Positions 32,574-44,548 of a stretch of DNA of 64,000 nucleotides are shown one piece after another. Source of the DNA: Thraustochytrium aureum (Eukaryota); assembly GCA_012862495.1 (NCBI GenBank), contig BLSG01000081.1:45186-109185 (forward strand), read 5' to 3'. The notes under the pieces are model-generated. The model did no database searches. It was not told the origin of the DNA and saw only the letters and a list, made by a program, of their open reading frames with translations. The first letter of the stretch is position 1. Each line of letters opens with the position of its first letter. Both the position numbers and the translations under genes were made by a program.

Positions 32574-33201
32574 TCAGAGTCGCGACTCGACTGCCCAGCC
32601 GGGCCGCCAGCACTCGGGCGAACATACGCGCCTTGCTGCTTGAGCGATCGGGCAATTTCGAGCGGACTTCAGTGCCTTGACGAGGTCGGCGTTGGGATCT
32701 GCTCCGCGGCGCTGCTCGAACTCTGAGCGTCCTTGATGCGCCGCCCGAGCCGCGGGCTGAGAGGCCCGCCCTTTGCCGATGCGGTGCCGCGCCGGCTCGA
32801 GGTCGTACAAGTCGGTGCGGACGGCATCGTTATTGCTGTTGTTGCTCCTGCTGCCGCCGTGAAGGTCGCCTACCTGCTGGCGAGCTGGCTGGCGCGCCGG
32901 GCCGCGAGCCGACTCCATCATCAGCTGCGTGCTCGTCTTCCACTCTGACGGCTGGAGGGCCCCTGGACAGGACTGCGTCACGAAGGAGGCGAACTGGATG
33001 TCGCGCACCCCGTCCGGCTTGCGGCGAATCGGCGCCCGCGGCTCGGACTCGTCGCGGGCCAGGAGGAAGCCACCCTCCGCCGCCATGTGGCTCCGCTGCC
33101 GCGCATCATTCGCGTACACCTTGCGGCTATTGGCCGGCACGGCGTTCCCTGCCCAGTCCGCCTCGCCACTCTCCGCGGCGGTCCTCGAGGGGCAGCCCGC
33201 T
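32574..33201 (-). CDS. Hypothetical protein, 3' portion (may continue to about 34000 beyond gap)
   Basis: Open frame with plausible composition and codon usage. No recognisable domain. Confidence 0.3.
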
Positions 33202-34650
33202 NNNNNNNNNNNNNNNNNNNNNNNNNNNNNNNNNNNNNNNNNNNNNNNNNNNNNNNNNNNNNNNNNNNNNNNNNNNNNNNNNNNNNNNNNNNNNNNNNNN
33301 NNNNNNNNNNNNNNNNNNNNNNNNNNNNNNNNNNNNNNNNNNNNNNNNNNNNNNNNNNNNNNNNNNNNNNNNNNNNNNNNNNNNNNNNNNNNNNNNNNNN
33401 NNNNNNNNNNNNNNNNNNNNNNNNNNNNNNNNNNNNNNNNNNNNNNNNNNNNNNNNNNNNNCCCTCTCCAGCGAGCTCTGCGCCGTGCTGCGCGCATCAA
33501 ACCGTCCGAGCGACCATTCGTGCTGCAACGCGCTGCGCTCCATCCCGCGCCTTCCTCCCGAGGCCTCTCGGGCCGGCCGGTCGCACCAGAGCCTCTCCTT
33601 GACCAACAAGCCACGCCAGGCCACGCAGCACCAGCACCAGCGCCAAGCCCAACAGCTCCCGCGGCGTCCCGAAGTGGTCTGCTCGCTCGCTCGCTCGCTC
33701 GCGTCGAGGACATTGACCTCGTCCTGGCCGTTGAGCGAGCGCCATGCTCTCCCGGGCGCCATGCTCTCAGGTTGGTTTCCCCGACGATGCGCCCGCGCGA
33801 GCTCGCGTTTGATTGTAGGAGTGCTCGAGTGCCCCGACGAGGGCCGCCTGCGCGGGGTCTTGGATGGTTGAGGAGGCGTTGGTGGCCTGGAGCAGCTGCC
33901 GGTGGCAGGCGCGTGGCAACTGCTGACAACCTCTCGCGGATGGATGTCGCTCACGTCAGGCCCGAAGGACAGCGAGGGCAACTGCGTGCGACGCTGTCGG
34001 CCTGCTCGGATGGAGAGATGCTGCGTGGAGATAATCTCAGCGTCGAAGTGGAACGCGAGCGCTCGCTGGTGATTGATTCGAGTTGCCACCGCCTGCGCTG
34101 ACGCCCGTGCCGTCGCAGCCGTTCAGTCTGGCTTCGCGGGGTTTGTCACAGTACTCTCGATGGCAGTGACTTGTATTTTTATTCGTGCGCCTCTGCGCAA
34201 TCACGAGGTTTGCGAGCTCCGTCGTGTTGGACCGTCCCGCAAGGTCCGAGGGCCAGGGCGAGCTCGACGTGTTGCAACGACGATGGGGGGATTGCGGAAC
34301 CGATCCCCGCTCGCGGTCCGCCATGTCGCACGGCAATTCTGGGCAAGCTGAAGTCGCAGGGGGCGCACCGGACCAGGTAGGTCCCCAGTGGAGCACCCGT
34401 AGAATCCTCCCTTTTAATTCATGCCAGCTAGCAGCTCGTGCCTCGGCATGCTTCGAGACGGAGCCGGCCCGGTGCAGCGACTTTTGATCCGCACGTGAAA
34501 GTCGCGGACTGGTCGCGCCAGCACCGCAAGGCTTTCGTTCGTCAGGCCCTTCGCCATCTTCAGGCAACACTATCGATCACTTGCAGATCGACCCGCAAGT
34601 TGGCGCGGACGTTTCCTTGGTGTCAACATTGGAAGGCCAGAATTAGTCGG

Positions 34651-34946
34651 GCTGTCCGCCACCGTCCATGCTGTCTGCCATCGTCCAGGCAATTCGCCAT
34701 CGTCCAGGCAATTCGCCATCGTCAATGCTGTCCGCCATCGCCAGACTTGCGAGCGAGACTTTTTGACTGTTGTCTGGTCCACCGTCCATGCTGTTCGCCA
34801 CCGTCCATGCTGTCCGCCACCGTCCAGGCAATTCGCCACCGTCCAGGCAATTCGCCACCGTCCAGGCAATTCGCCACCGTCCAGGCAATTCATTCGCCAT
34901 CGCCAGACCTGCGAGCGAGACTTTTTGACAGATGTCTGGTCCACCG
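34651..34946. repeat. Higher-order minisatellite: about ten 19-bp units of two types plus two copies of a 44-bp element (162-bp spacing)
   Basis: Units cgtccaGGCAATTcgcca[c/t] and cgtccaTGCTGTCcgcca[c/t]. Element cgccagacYtgcgagcgagactttttgacWgWtgtctggtccac at 34739 and 34901. Confidence 0.95.
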
Positions 34947-35402
34947 CCAAGGTGTCACCGTACCACATTGGTTTCCCCGGGAAGCGCCTGTGCCGGTGGG
35001 TCAGGTTGCGTTCGGTTTCTCCGTGGGCGGAGGGTTGTACTGTAAACGTTCGTATCCCCGTTTGCAAAGTCGGACCCCGGCGACTTGGTACACGGAGTGA
35101 CTAGGAACTGCTACATGTTTCCGCTAGCTGCGAGGCTCTGCGACAACTGACTGTGTTCGTGAGTCGCGGGTGCCCCACACAGTCTCATTAGGGGGGACCC
35201 TCAAGGGCGCACCTTGTGCTCGGCGACATGGCCTGGCCGGGCGCCATGGACGGCTCGATGGACGCGGAGAGCGCGCGCGATGGCCTGGCCAATGAAGATA
35301 TTAAATAACAGGTCAGTGGTTGTGTGCGTATGTAGTATGTACATTCTTCATTCACCATGCAGGGCAGCTGTGGACAGGAAATGGTGAACTCTCTCGACTC
35401 GA

Positions 35403-35455
35403 GACGCTCTCGCGGACGCTCTCGCGGACGCTCTCGCGGACGCTCTCGCGGACGC
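35403..35455. repeat. 12-bp tandem repeat (GACGCTCTCGCG)x4
   Basis: Four perfect copies plus a partial copy. Confidence 0.95.
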
Positions 35456-36058
35456 AGCAGATCGCTCATGGCGAGCCTCGCGGATGCGGCTGGTCGCCCA
35501 TGGCAGAGCTGCACCTACAAGTGCAGGAAAACCTCGCGAAAGGCCTGCCACCACCTGCGGCGCTCGACGCCCACGGCAGCGTCGCGGGAGGGCACGACCT
35601 TTCGGCCTGAGCGCGTGCGCGCTGGGGCGTTGGTGCAAGCTGCCTTTGTCGAGTGGTGCGAGCGCAGCGCAGCGCCACGCCGACCTTGCAGAGCCGCGAA
35701 CGGCTTGGCGTACTTGGCGATCGGCGACTTGNNNNNNNNNNNNNNNNNNNNNNNNNNNNNNNNNNNNNNNNNNNNNNNNNNNNNNNNNNNNNNNNNNNNN
35801 NNNNNNNNNNNNNNNNNNNNNNNNNNNNNNNNNNNNNNNNNNNNNNNNNNNNNNNNNNNNNNNNNNNNNNNNNNNNNNNNNNNNNNNNNNNNNNNNNNNN
35901 NNNNNNNNNNNNNNNNNNNNNNNNNNNNNNNNNNNNNNNNNNNNNNNNNNNNNNNNNNNNNNNNNNNNNNNNNNNNNNNNNNNNNNNNNNNNNNNNNNNN
36001 NNNNNNNNNNNNNNNNNNNNNNNNNNNNNNNNNNNNNNNNNNNNNNNNNNNNNNNNNN

Positions 36059-36420
36059 CTTTCGACGGCCAGAGCCGCGGGCAGCTCAGGCTGCGGACTG
36101 CTGATAGCGGCAGGCTCCTCGCAGCGCAGAGGCGCGCGGCCTCCGGTCTCGGTCTCCTCTTTCTTCTCCTCCTCCCGCGCGTCGCGCTCCTCCGCCGGGT
36201 CCTCCCCGCACGTGAGCAAGGTCACAAAGTGCATGATCTCAGATACGCGCTCCTCCTTGAGCAGGGCCTTGACGTCGTTGCGCAGCGGATGCTGCGTCTC
36301 GCCGCGGCTAGCGTCTGCCGCATACATGTTGTCCCAGAGCCTCTGCATGGCGCCAGCCGTCGCTGGCCGCGGCGGCAGGTCGATCCCGTGAACGGCAAGC
36401 ATATCACCTTGGCGCTCCAC
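36059..36420 (-). CDS. Hypothetical protein fragment (continues into gap)
   Basis: Open frame AMQRLWDNMYAAD...EIMHFVTLLTCGEDP with GC3-rich codons. No domain recognised. Confidence 0.3.
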
Positions 36421-36460
36421 TCGCTACCTCGCGCTCGCCCTTCGAGTAAACGTCCAACGC

Positions 36461-36535
36461 GCTCAGGCTGGCGCTCAGGCTGGCGCACAGACAGGCTGGC
36501 ACACAGGCTGGCTGGCACACAGGCTGGCTGGCACA
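36461..36535. repeat. Degenerate 12-16-bp CAGGCTGGC-core tandem repeat
   Basis: gctcaggctggc x2, then cacacaggctggctgg x2. Confidence 0.75.
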
Positions 36536-38211
36536 AGTAAGCAGGCAGTTGCAGCAGTACCTATCAATCGCGACGCGGGAAGGTTTTTCGTTGGGGTTTG
36601 CCGAGCTTCTGGACCACCTCGAGCTTTTCGCGCCAACATTTCCATCATCATCGCCAGAACACCGGCAGAAAGGAGGAGTCCGCCCTTCGCTGCTCCTTGT
36701 GACGTCGCGTGTGCATTGCGCAACGCGCTCCGGCGGCCCTTCGTCCGATCCGCGTGACGTCAGGCAACCCCGCGCCTGCGCGCCGGGCGTCATCCGAGCG
36801 GCGTGGTCAACTAATTTCCCAGTTCGTCCCCAGGTTGGTTTGGCCTGTGCCGCGCGAACACGACAAGTCGCTCCACTCCGAGTCGGAGTTGAACAATCGC
36901 AGGCTCATGTCGTTGAACAACCATCACACAGGCTCGAGTCGGCTGAGCGCGCCTCGCTCGCTGTGCCCGGCGACATCAGAACACCCTCGATTCCCCCCGC
37001 AGAATTCTCGCGTTCTCCTCCGGGCTCGGGAGCAAGGAAGGAAAGCCCCGCGCGAATCTCACAGCGCCATCACCTTGCGCGCGATTGCAGCGGCAAGGAT
37101 CAAGGAGGCTGGCTTGGAGAGGCGCTCCTCATGATCGGTATCGGTCGTCGATCGATCGATCGCTCACGCGGCCTCCAACACCGGTCGCCGCCCGGCGCGT
37201 GGCCGTGCTCCTTCCTGCTGGGCTGCTTTGATGGTTCGAACCAGCCAGCCAGCGGAGATTCCCCGTGCCAGGGGCGGCAGGCGGGTGCGCTCCTGGTTGG
37301 AGATGGACGGACACCTGGATGATGGATGGACATCTGGATGGATGGATGGACCAAGTCGCGGTTGTTTCCAACGGTGGTCACAAATGAACGCATGGACGCC
37401 GGCAGGTGCACCGCAAGGACGGATCTGCAAGTTCACGTTGGTGCTGGCTTGGCAAGCACAGATCTGCAAGTCCACGTTGGTGCTGGGCACTGGCGCTGGG
37501 CTGCGGGTGCGGCGCCAGCCAGCCTCGTTGCTACAGCAGCCAAGGAGGATCCGACCTCGTTGCTGCAGCCGTGCTGGTGCTGGCGCTACATCGTGCTGAA
37601 GCAAATAAAACCAAGATTCCATCGCCCTCAGGCTGGCAAGGCAGCTCCAGCATGAACGCCGCGGCTTCGTGAACACCGCGGCTGCGTGTGCACGCCCGTT
37701 CGTTGGTTCGCTTCTAGCTGTCTTCCGCCGCTGCACTCGCGCCAACNNNNNNNNNNNNNNNNNNNNNNNNNNNNNNNNNNNNNNNNNNNNNNNNNNNNNN
37801 NNNNNNNNNNNNNNNNNNNNNNNNNNNNNNNNNNNNNNNNNNNNNNNNNNNNNNNNNNNNNNNNNNNNNNNNNNNNNNNNNNNNNNNNNNNNNNNNNNNN
37901 NNNNNNNNNNNNNNNNNNNNNNNNNNNNNNNNNNNNNNNNNNNNNNNNNNNNNNNNNNNNNNNNNNNNNNNNNNNNNNNNNNNNNNNNNNNNNNNNNNNN
38001 NNNNNNNNNNNNNNNNNNNNNNNNNNNNNNNNNNNNNNNNNNNNNNNNNNNNNNNNNNNNNNNNNNNNNNNNNNNNNNNNNNNNNNNNNNNNNNNNNNNN
38101 NNNNNNNNNNNNNNNNNNNNNNNNNNNNNNNNNNNNNNNNNNNNNNNNNNNNNNNNNNNNNNNNNNNNNNNNNNNNNNNNNNNNNNNNNNNNNNNNNNNN
38201 NNNNNNNNNNN

Positions 38212-39953
38212 TGCCACACCGGGCGCGCGCTGGCCGGACTCGCGGCCCTCGCGGTGAACCTCGCTTTTCTTCGCGCATGGGGCCTGGTGTGCCGCGCCAA
38301 CGCCCCTCGAGGCGCACGCCTTGACGCTGGACGAGAAGATCGACCTCGTGCACGGGACGCTCTCGGGGTGCGGGTACACCGGGCTGGCTCGCGGCTCTGC
38401 GCGAGCGCAAGTGCCGGACCTCAGGTCGAACGACGGGCCGCAAGGGTTTCGCGGGCCCAACGACAAGTCAACCGCCTACCCCAGCGCGCTGAGCGTGGCT
38501 GCCACTTTTGAGCCAGAGCTGGCCAGGGCCTGGGGCCAGGAAATGGCGCGCGAGTTTGCCGAGAAGGGCGTCAACGTGCTGCTTGGCCCCGGGCTCAACG
38601 TGGCCCGCGTCGCCGAGAACGGGCGAAACTTCGAGTACCTGAGCGGCGAGGACCCGGTGCTGGGCGCTGCGCTCGGCGCGGCCGCCGTCCGCGGCATCCA
38701 GTCGGTGCCCGGCGTGATCGCGACCGCCAAGCACTTTGTGCTCAACAACCAGGAGACGGACCGGATGCGCGTGAGCGCAGTCGCGGACGACGTCACGCTC
38801 AACGAGCTCTACTACCCTCCCTTCCGCGCCGCGGTGGAGGCCGGCGTGCTGAGCGTTATGTGCTCGTACAACCGCGTCGACGGCATCTACGCCTGCGAGA
38901 ACGCGCGCACGCTCAACGACAAGCTCAAGGTCGAGTGGGGGTTCAAGGGCTTTGTCGTCAGCGACTGGGGCGGCACGCACTCGACGCGCGAGGCTGCGCT
39001 CGCGGGCCTCGACCAAGAAATGCCGCTCGGCGTCAACTTTGGCGCCAAGCTCAAGGCCCTGGCGCAGCACGATCGCCACGTGGCTGCCCGCCTCGACGAC
39101 ATGGCCGCCCGTGTGCTCCACGCCATGGACGCCGCCCGCCTCGTCGGCAAACCGACCCCGCCCTGCCTGCGCGACCGCGACGTCACTTCGCCCTCGCGCG
39201 ACCGGCTGGCGCGCGAACTGGCCGCAGCAGGCGCGGTTCTGGTTCAAAATCGAGGCAACGCCCTGCCGATCCTGCCGCCGGCGTCGCCGCTCGACCCGTT
39301 CAGGATTGTTGTCATTGGCGACGCCGCCACACGCACGGACGTCTCGAGCGGGCTTGGTTCGGGACACGTCGAGGCCACGCACCTGACGGTGACCGCGTAC
39401 TCGGGGCTGAGGGATGCGCTCCAGGGCGAGCTCGGCCTCCCGCCCGCTTCGATCTCGTACAACAACGGCCAAAACGAGACGGAGGGCCGACCTGGCGCTC
39501 GCCCTTGAGGGCGCCCGGGCTGCCGTCATCGTCGTTGCTACCAACTCTGGGGAGGGCTCTGACCGCGCCACGCTTCACCTTGCTCCAGAGGACACGGCGG
39601 TGGTCCGCCGCACGGCCACCGCTGCGAAAGCGCGCGGCGTTCCTGTCATAGTAGTTGTTGTGGCGCCTGGTGCGGTTCTGCTGCCCTGGGCGGACGCAGT
39701 GGACGCGGTGCTGCTCATGTTCCTGCCCGGGCAGCAGTTCGGGGCGGCCCTCGCAGACGTCCTGCTCGGGTTTTCCGAGCCTGGCGGGCGGCTGCCCCTC
39801 ACAATCCCCCACGCGGACCGGCAGATGCGCTTCCGCGCGGACCAGTACCCTGGCGTCGGATTCGTGGCCAACTACTCGGAAGGCCAGATCAACGGCTACA
39901 GGTGGTACGACCACCACGGGGTAGAGCCGCACTTTGCGTTCGGCCACGGCCTC
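38212..39953 (+). CDS. Glycoside hydrolase family 3 beta-glucosidase, probably secreted; both ends in gaps; frameshifts at about 38303-38306 and 39484-39486
   Basis: LTLDEKI, DGPQGFR, GPGLNVAR...GRNFEYLSGEDP, KHFVLNNQE, VMCSYN, nucleophile FVVSDWG, GEGSDR, PGGRLPLT, YSEG..GYRWYD...FAFGHGL. Confidence 0.95.
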
Positions 39954-40913
39954 NNNNNNNNNNNNNNNNNNNNNNNNNNNNNNNNNNNNNNNNNNNNNNN
40001 NNNNNNNNNNNNNNNNNNNNNNNNNNNNNNNNNNNNNNNNNNNNNNNNNNNNNNNNNNNNNNNNNNNNNNNNNNNNNNNNNNNNNNNNNNNNNNNNNNNN
40101 NNNNNNNNNNNNNNNNNNNNNNNNNNNNNNNNNNNNNNNNNNNNNNNNNNNNNNNNNNNNNNNNNNNNNNNNNNNNNNNNNNNNNNNNNNNNNNNNNNNN
40201 NNNNNNNNNNNNNNNNNNNNNNNNNNNNNNNNNNNNNNNNNNNNNNNNNNNNNNNNNNNNNNNNNNNNNNNNNNNNNNNNNNNNNNNNNNNNNNNNNNNN
40301 NNNNNNNNNNNNNNNNNNNNNNNNNNNNNNNNNNNNNNNNNNNNNNNNNNNNNNNNNNNNNNNNNNNNNNNNNNNNNNNNNNNNNNNNNNNNNNNNNNNN
40401 NNNNNNNNNNNNNNNNNNNNNNNNNNNNNNNNNNNNNNNNNNNNNNNNNNNNNNNNNNNNNNNNNNNNNNNNNNNNNNNNNNNNNNNNNNNNNNNNNNNN
40501 NNNNNNNNNNNNNNNNNNNNNNNNNNNNNNNNNNNNNNNNNNNNNNNNNNNNNNNNNNNNNNNNNNNNNNNNNNNNNNNNNNNNNNNNNNNNNNNNNNNN
40601 NNNNNNNNNNNNNNNNNNNNNNNNNNNNNNNNNNNNNNNNNNNNNNNNNNNNNNNNNNNNNNNNNNNNNNNNNNNNNNNNNNNNNNNNNNNNNNNNNNNN
40701 NNNNNNNNNNNNNNNNNNNNNNNNNNNNNNNNNNNNNNNNNNNNNNNNNNNNNNNNNNNNNNNNNNNNNNNNNNNNNNNNNNNNNNNNNNNNNNNNNNNN
40801 NNNNNNNNNNNNNNNNNNNNNNNNNNNNNNNNNNNNNNNNNNNNNNNNNNNNNNNNNNNNNNNNNNNNNNNNNNNNNNNNNNNNNNNNNNNNNNNNNNNN
40901 NNNNNNNNNNNNG

Positions 40914-40992
40914 ATCTGGCTGGCTCGCTGGATGATGGATGATGGATCATTGATGCTGGCTGGATGATAGATGCTGGATGATGGCTGGCTGG
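40914..40992. repeat. Mixed (GGAT/GGCT/GAT) low-complexity repeat
   Basis: Directly visible next to the gap. Confidence 0.7.
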
Positions 40993-41077
40993 TGGCGCGC
41001 GTCGTCGCGCTCTCAAGTCGCGGCGTGTGCGCCTGCTTGCGTACTCTGCTCTGTTAGAGTTGTTTCGAGCTAGCTAG

Positions 41078-43922
41078 CTAGGTTTCCGCGAGGAGGGGGT
41101 CGGCGCGCGGGCGATCAGCAGCGCTCGACAGCCCGAGCAAGCCGCGCGCAAGCGCAATGACGGCCGTCGGAGTGGGCCACTTCTCCAGCGTAGAGCCCTT
41201 GTCGATTCCGGCGCGCACCCGGTCGTCGAAGGAGGACCCGCACACGTTGGGCGTGGCGCCGCTCGGAGTGAGAATGCGGTTGTACGCAAAGTATGGGCAA
41301 GAGTTGGACGCTCCGCCAGGCTTGCATCCGCAGTCGTAACTTGCATAGGGCATTTGCGCAGAGCCGAGCACGACCGTGTTGTTGTAAAAGCGGTCCTCCT
41401 CGCCGACGCGGTACTTGCCCGTGTTGAAAGCATGGCCGTTCAGGTACGCGTAGAGGTTGTTGTGGTGGACGTTTGAGTGGCCGTCAAAGTCGCTCTTCAG
41501 GCCGACCTCCCCGTACACCAAAAAATTGTGATGCGTCTCGTACCGCGAGCTGCCATCGTCGTTGTCAATCACCTCTTGAGCGTAATAGTTGCCGACGAGA
41601 AAGTTCCCCGCGGATCTGGTCCACCTCTTTAGCCATGAGGAACGCGCCACTCTCGTCAAATCGGTGCGCGTACGGCTGGCGGTCCCAAGAGTTAAACGGG
41701 CCGTGGTCGCCAGTCTCCATCACAGTCGCAAACATCAGGTTGCCCTCCACAACGCTGCCGCCTCCAAACCCGTCGTTAAAGTTGATGCCTGCGCGCGGGC
41801 CGTGAAAAAAAATGTTGTTCTGGATCAGGTTGCCCATCGACTTGGCCTGAAAGTAAAAGGACGACTGTTTGGCGAACAAGCCGCAGCGGTGCGCAAAGTT
41901 GTTGCGCACGATCGTGCCCCTCGGCTGGTTGCCGGCGGTCCCATTCCAACCCTAGACCACACCGCAGCACGAGAGCTCGTTAGTTGATGCCCATGCGCAA
42001 GGGCTGCCTGTTGTGCAGGTCGTGCAGGCCGCCGGGAAAACAACAACAGCAACAACAAAAACTCACCAATCCCCACTCCTTCGGGAGGCCCGGCGCCTCC
42101 GTTTCCCCAAGCTGGGCGATGATGTTGCCCCCAAGGACGTGAAAGTCGTTGTTCTGGATCATGACCCGGCGAGCAAACCCCTTGATGATCATCGCGTTGC
42201 CATCGAGCTCCTCGAATGTGCAGCTGTTTACGCTCACGCGGTCGACGCCGCGCATCTCGATCGCGGCGCGGAGGTTCAGGCCCCAGTCGCCGCCGCTCGG
42301 CATCGTGTGGTTGTCCATGTACGTCAGGCGCGTGTCGCGGATACCGAGGCCGAGCCAGTGCACGTTGCTCACGGGCTCTTCTTGCGTGCCGCTCAGCTTG
42401 AACAGCGTGCGCAACGTCGGGATTTCGACAGCCCCCTTGGGCGGGCCAGATCGCGAGAAATACTGCAAACGGCGCAGATCCTCATCAAAGAAAAACTCGT
42501 TCTCGGCATCGAGCTCCTCCTCCACGTTCTCCACGAAGAAGGCCTCGCCGCTGTTGGACCCTCGGCCACCTTGGAACCCGCCCTTGGAGAACATAAGGTG
42601 CGTGCCGTTGCTCTTGTCCGCGTCAACCTCAAACATCCTGCGCGACGCCAAAGTCCACCACCCAGGCAGGCGCAATGCCGANNNNNNNNNNNNNNNNNNN
42701 NNNNNNNNNNNNNNNNNNNNNNNNNNNNNNNNNNNNNNNNNNNNNNNNNNNNNNNNNNNNNNNNNNNNNNNNNNNNNNNNNNNNNNNNNNNNNNNNNNNN
42801 NNNNNNNNNNNNNNNNNNNNNNNNNNNNNNNNNNNNNNNNNNNNNNNNNNNNNNNNNNNNNNNNNNNNNNNNNNNNNNNNNNNNNNNNNNNNNNNNNNNN
42901 NNNNNNNNNNNNNNNNNNNNNNNNNNNNNNNNNNNNNNNNNNNNNNNNNNNNNNNNNNNNNNNNNNNNNNNNNNNNNNNNNNNNNNNNNNNNNNNNNNNN
43001 NNNNNNNNNNNNNNNNNNNNNNNNNNNNNNNNNNNNNNNNNNNNNNNNNNNNNNNNNNNNNNNNNNNNNNNNNNNNNNNNNNNNNNNNNNNNNNNNNNNN
43101 NNNNNNNNNNNNNNNNNNNNNNNNNNNNNNNNNNNNNNNNNNNNNNNNNNNNNNNNNNNNNNNNNNNNNNNNNNNNNNNNNNNNNNNNNNNNNNNNNNNN
43201 NNNNNNNNNNNNNNNNNNNNNNNNNNNNNNNNNNNNNNNNNNNNNNNNNNNNNNNNNNNNNNNNNNNNNNNNNNNNNNNNNNNNNNNNNNNNNNNNNNNN
43301 NNNNNNNNNNNNNNNNNNNNNNNNNNNNNNNNNNNNNNNNNNNNNNNNNNNNNNNNNNNNNNNNNNNNNNNNNNNNNNNNNNNNNNNNNNNNNNNNNNNN
43401 NNNNNNNNNNNNNNNNNNNNNNNNNNNNNNGAGCTCGATAGTCTCAGACACGTAGTGGACGCCCGCCTTGAGAACAACTCCGAAGCTGGTTCCCGCCGTG
43501 GCTTGCGAGCCGCCGAGGCGGGCTTCGCGTGTCGCCCGGACCGCGCGACCCACCGTCGAAAATGGCCTTCCCGCAGACCCGTCATTCGCATCGTCGTCGC
43601 CTGCATTCGGGTCCACGTAGAACGAAACCTGCGCGTCCGGGATTGAAAACTTGGGCGAGAACCGCTCCGGCAGGCCCTCCGGCACAGTCGCGTTGAAGCA
43701 CTGCGCCCGTCCGCCAGGCTGGCCACCCGCCAGGTTGAGCGTATCCACGAGCGCCTGAAAGCTGTCTTTGCCCCTGAACGGTTGAATCTTGAACGCATAC
43801 TCCACCGCGAGCTTGCGCATCTCGCAGTCGAACGTGGCCGGCGCCTCGCCGTTCGCCGCTCCCGTGCACAAGGCGGCCGCCACGGCCAGCACCATCACCA
43901 GGACATTCCGCGCGCCCGTCAT
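41078..43922 (-). CDS. Secreted right-handed parallel beta-helix protein (pectin-lyase fold, GH141-like); intron 41952-42066; gap; frameshift at about 41606-41609
   Basis: Signal peptide. FYVDPNAGDDDANDGSAGRPFSTV. FFVENVEEELDAENEFFFD. PSGGDWG. GPRAGINFNDGFGGG. GDHGPFNSWDRQPY. IDNDDGSS. The intron GTGAGT...ACTAAC...CTAG joins EWGL|GWNGTAGNQPRG in frame. Confidence 0.8.
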
Positions 43923-44319
43923 CCTCACCAGGCAGGCCAACGTATCCTTTTCTTCCACGGCAGCCGTTCACGCGGCCACAATCGCGCAGCAGCAAGGCGC
44001 GCGCAGCAGGGAGGCGTGCGTGGGAGGACGTGCGCAGCAGCGCAGCAGCAAGCTCGCGCGCCGCACTCGACTGGGCTCTGCTCTGCACGCTGCAAGTGTC
44101 CCGCGCTCTCTGCTAGCTTGCGTGTTCAGTTGGTTCCCTGTCATACACCGAACAGCAGAACAACGAGCGTTTCCGGCAAACACGGAAACCAGCACAGGTT
44201 TCCGTTTAACACGGAACAACCAGCTAACGACGGAACCTGGCACCGTTGGAAGCGGGTGTTTCCATGATATGCGGAAATACCCGTCAGAGGGCGATTCAAC
44301 AACCCGGCACAACGGATCT

Positions 44320-44350
44320 ATCCGTGAACAACGGATCTATCCGTGAACAA
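44320..44350. repeat. 19-bp tandem duplication of a palindromic unit (second copy region; the pair spans about 44309-44350)
   Basis: acaacggatctatccgtga occurs twice, each copy with an ACGGAT/ATCCGT inverted repeat. Confidence 0.8.
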
Positions 44351-44459
44351 CGCGAGTATCCGGTTTTCTGCGCCGCGAGCAAAGGAACGCATCGTCGTTG
44401 GACGAGACCTGAGACCTCAGAGCAGACTCGCAGGCGCTCGTTGGAGGGCGGTCGGGGCC

Positions 44460-44548
44460 GCCTGCCTGCCTGCCTGCCTGCCTTCCAGCCAGCCAGCCTG
44501 GCTTCTGCCTGCCCGGCTTCTGCCTGCCCGGCTTCTGCCTGCCTGCCT
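44460..44548. repeat. (GCCT)n microsatellite plus 15-bp GGCTTCTGCCTGCCC repeats
   Basis: Directly visible. Confidence 0.85.

Noticed and set aside
34651..34946. CRISPR-like array
   Set aside because: Units are directly tandem with no unique spacers, there are no cas genes, and the context is eukaryotic.
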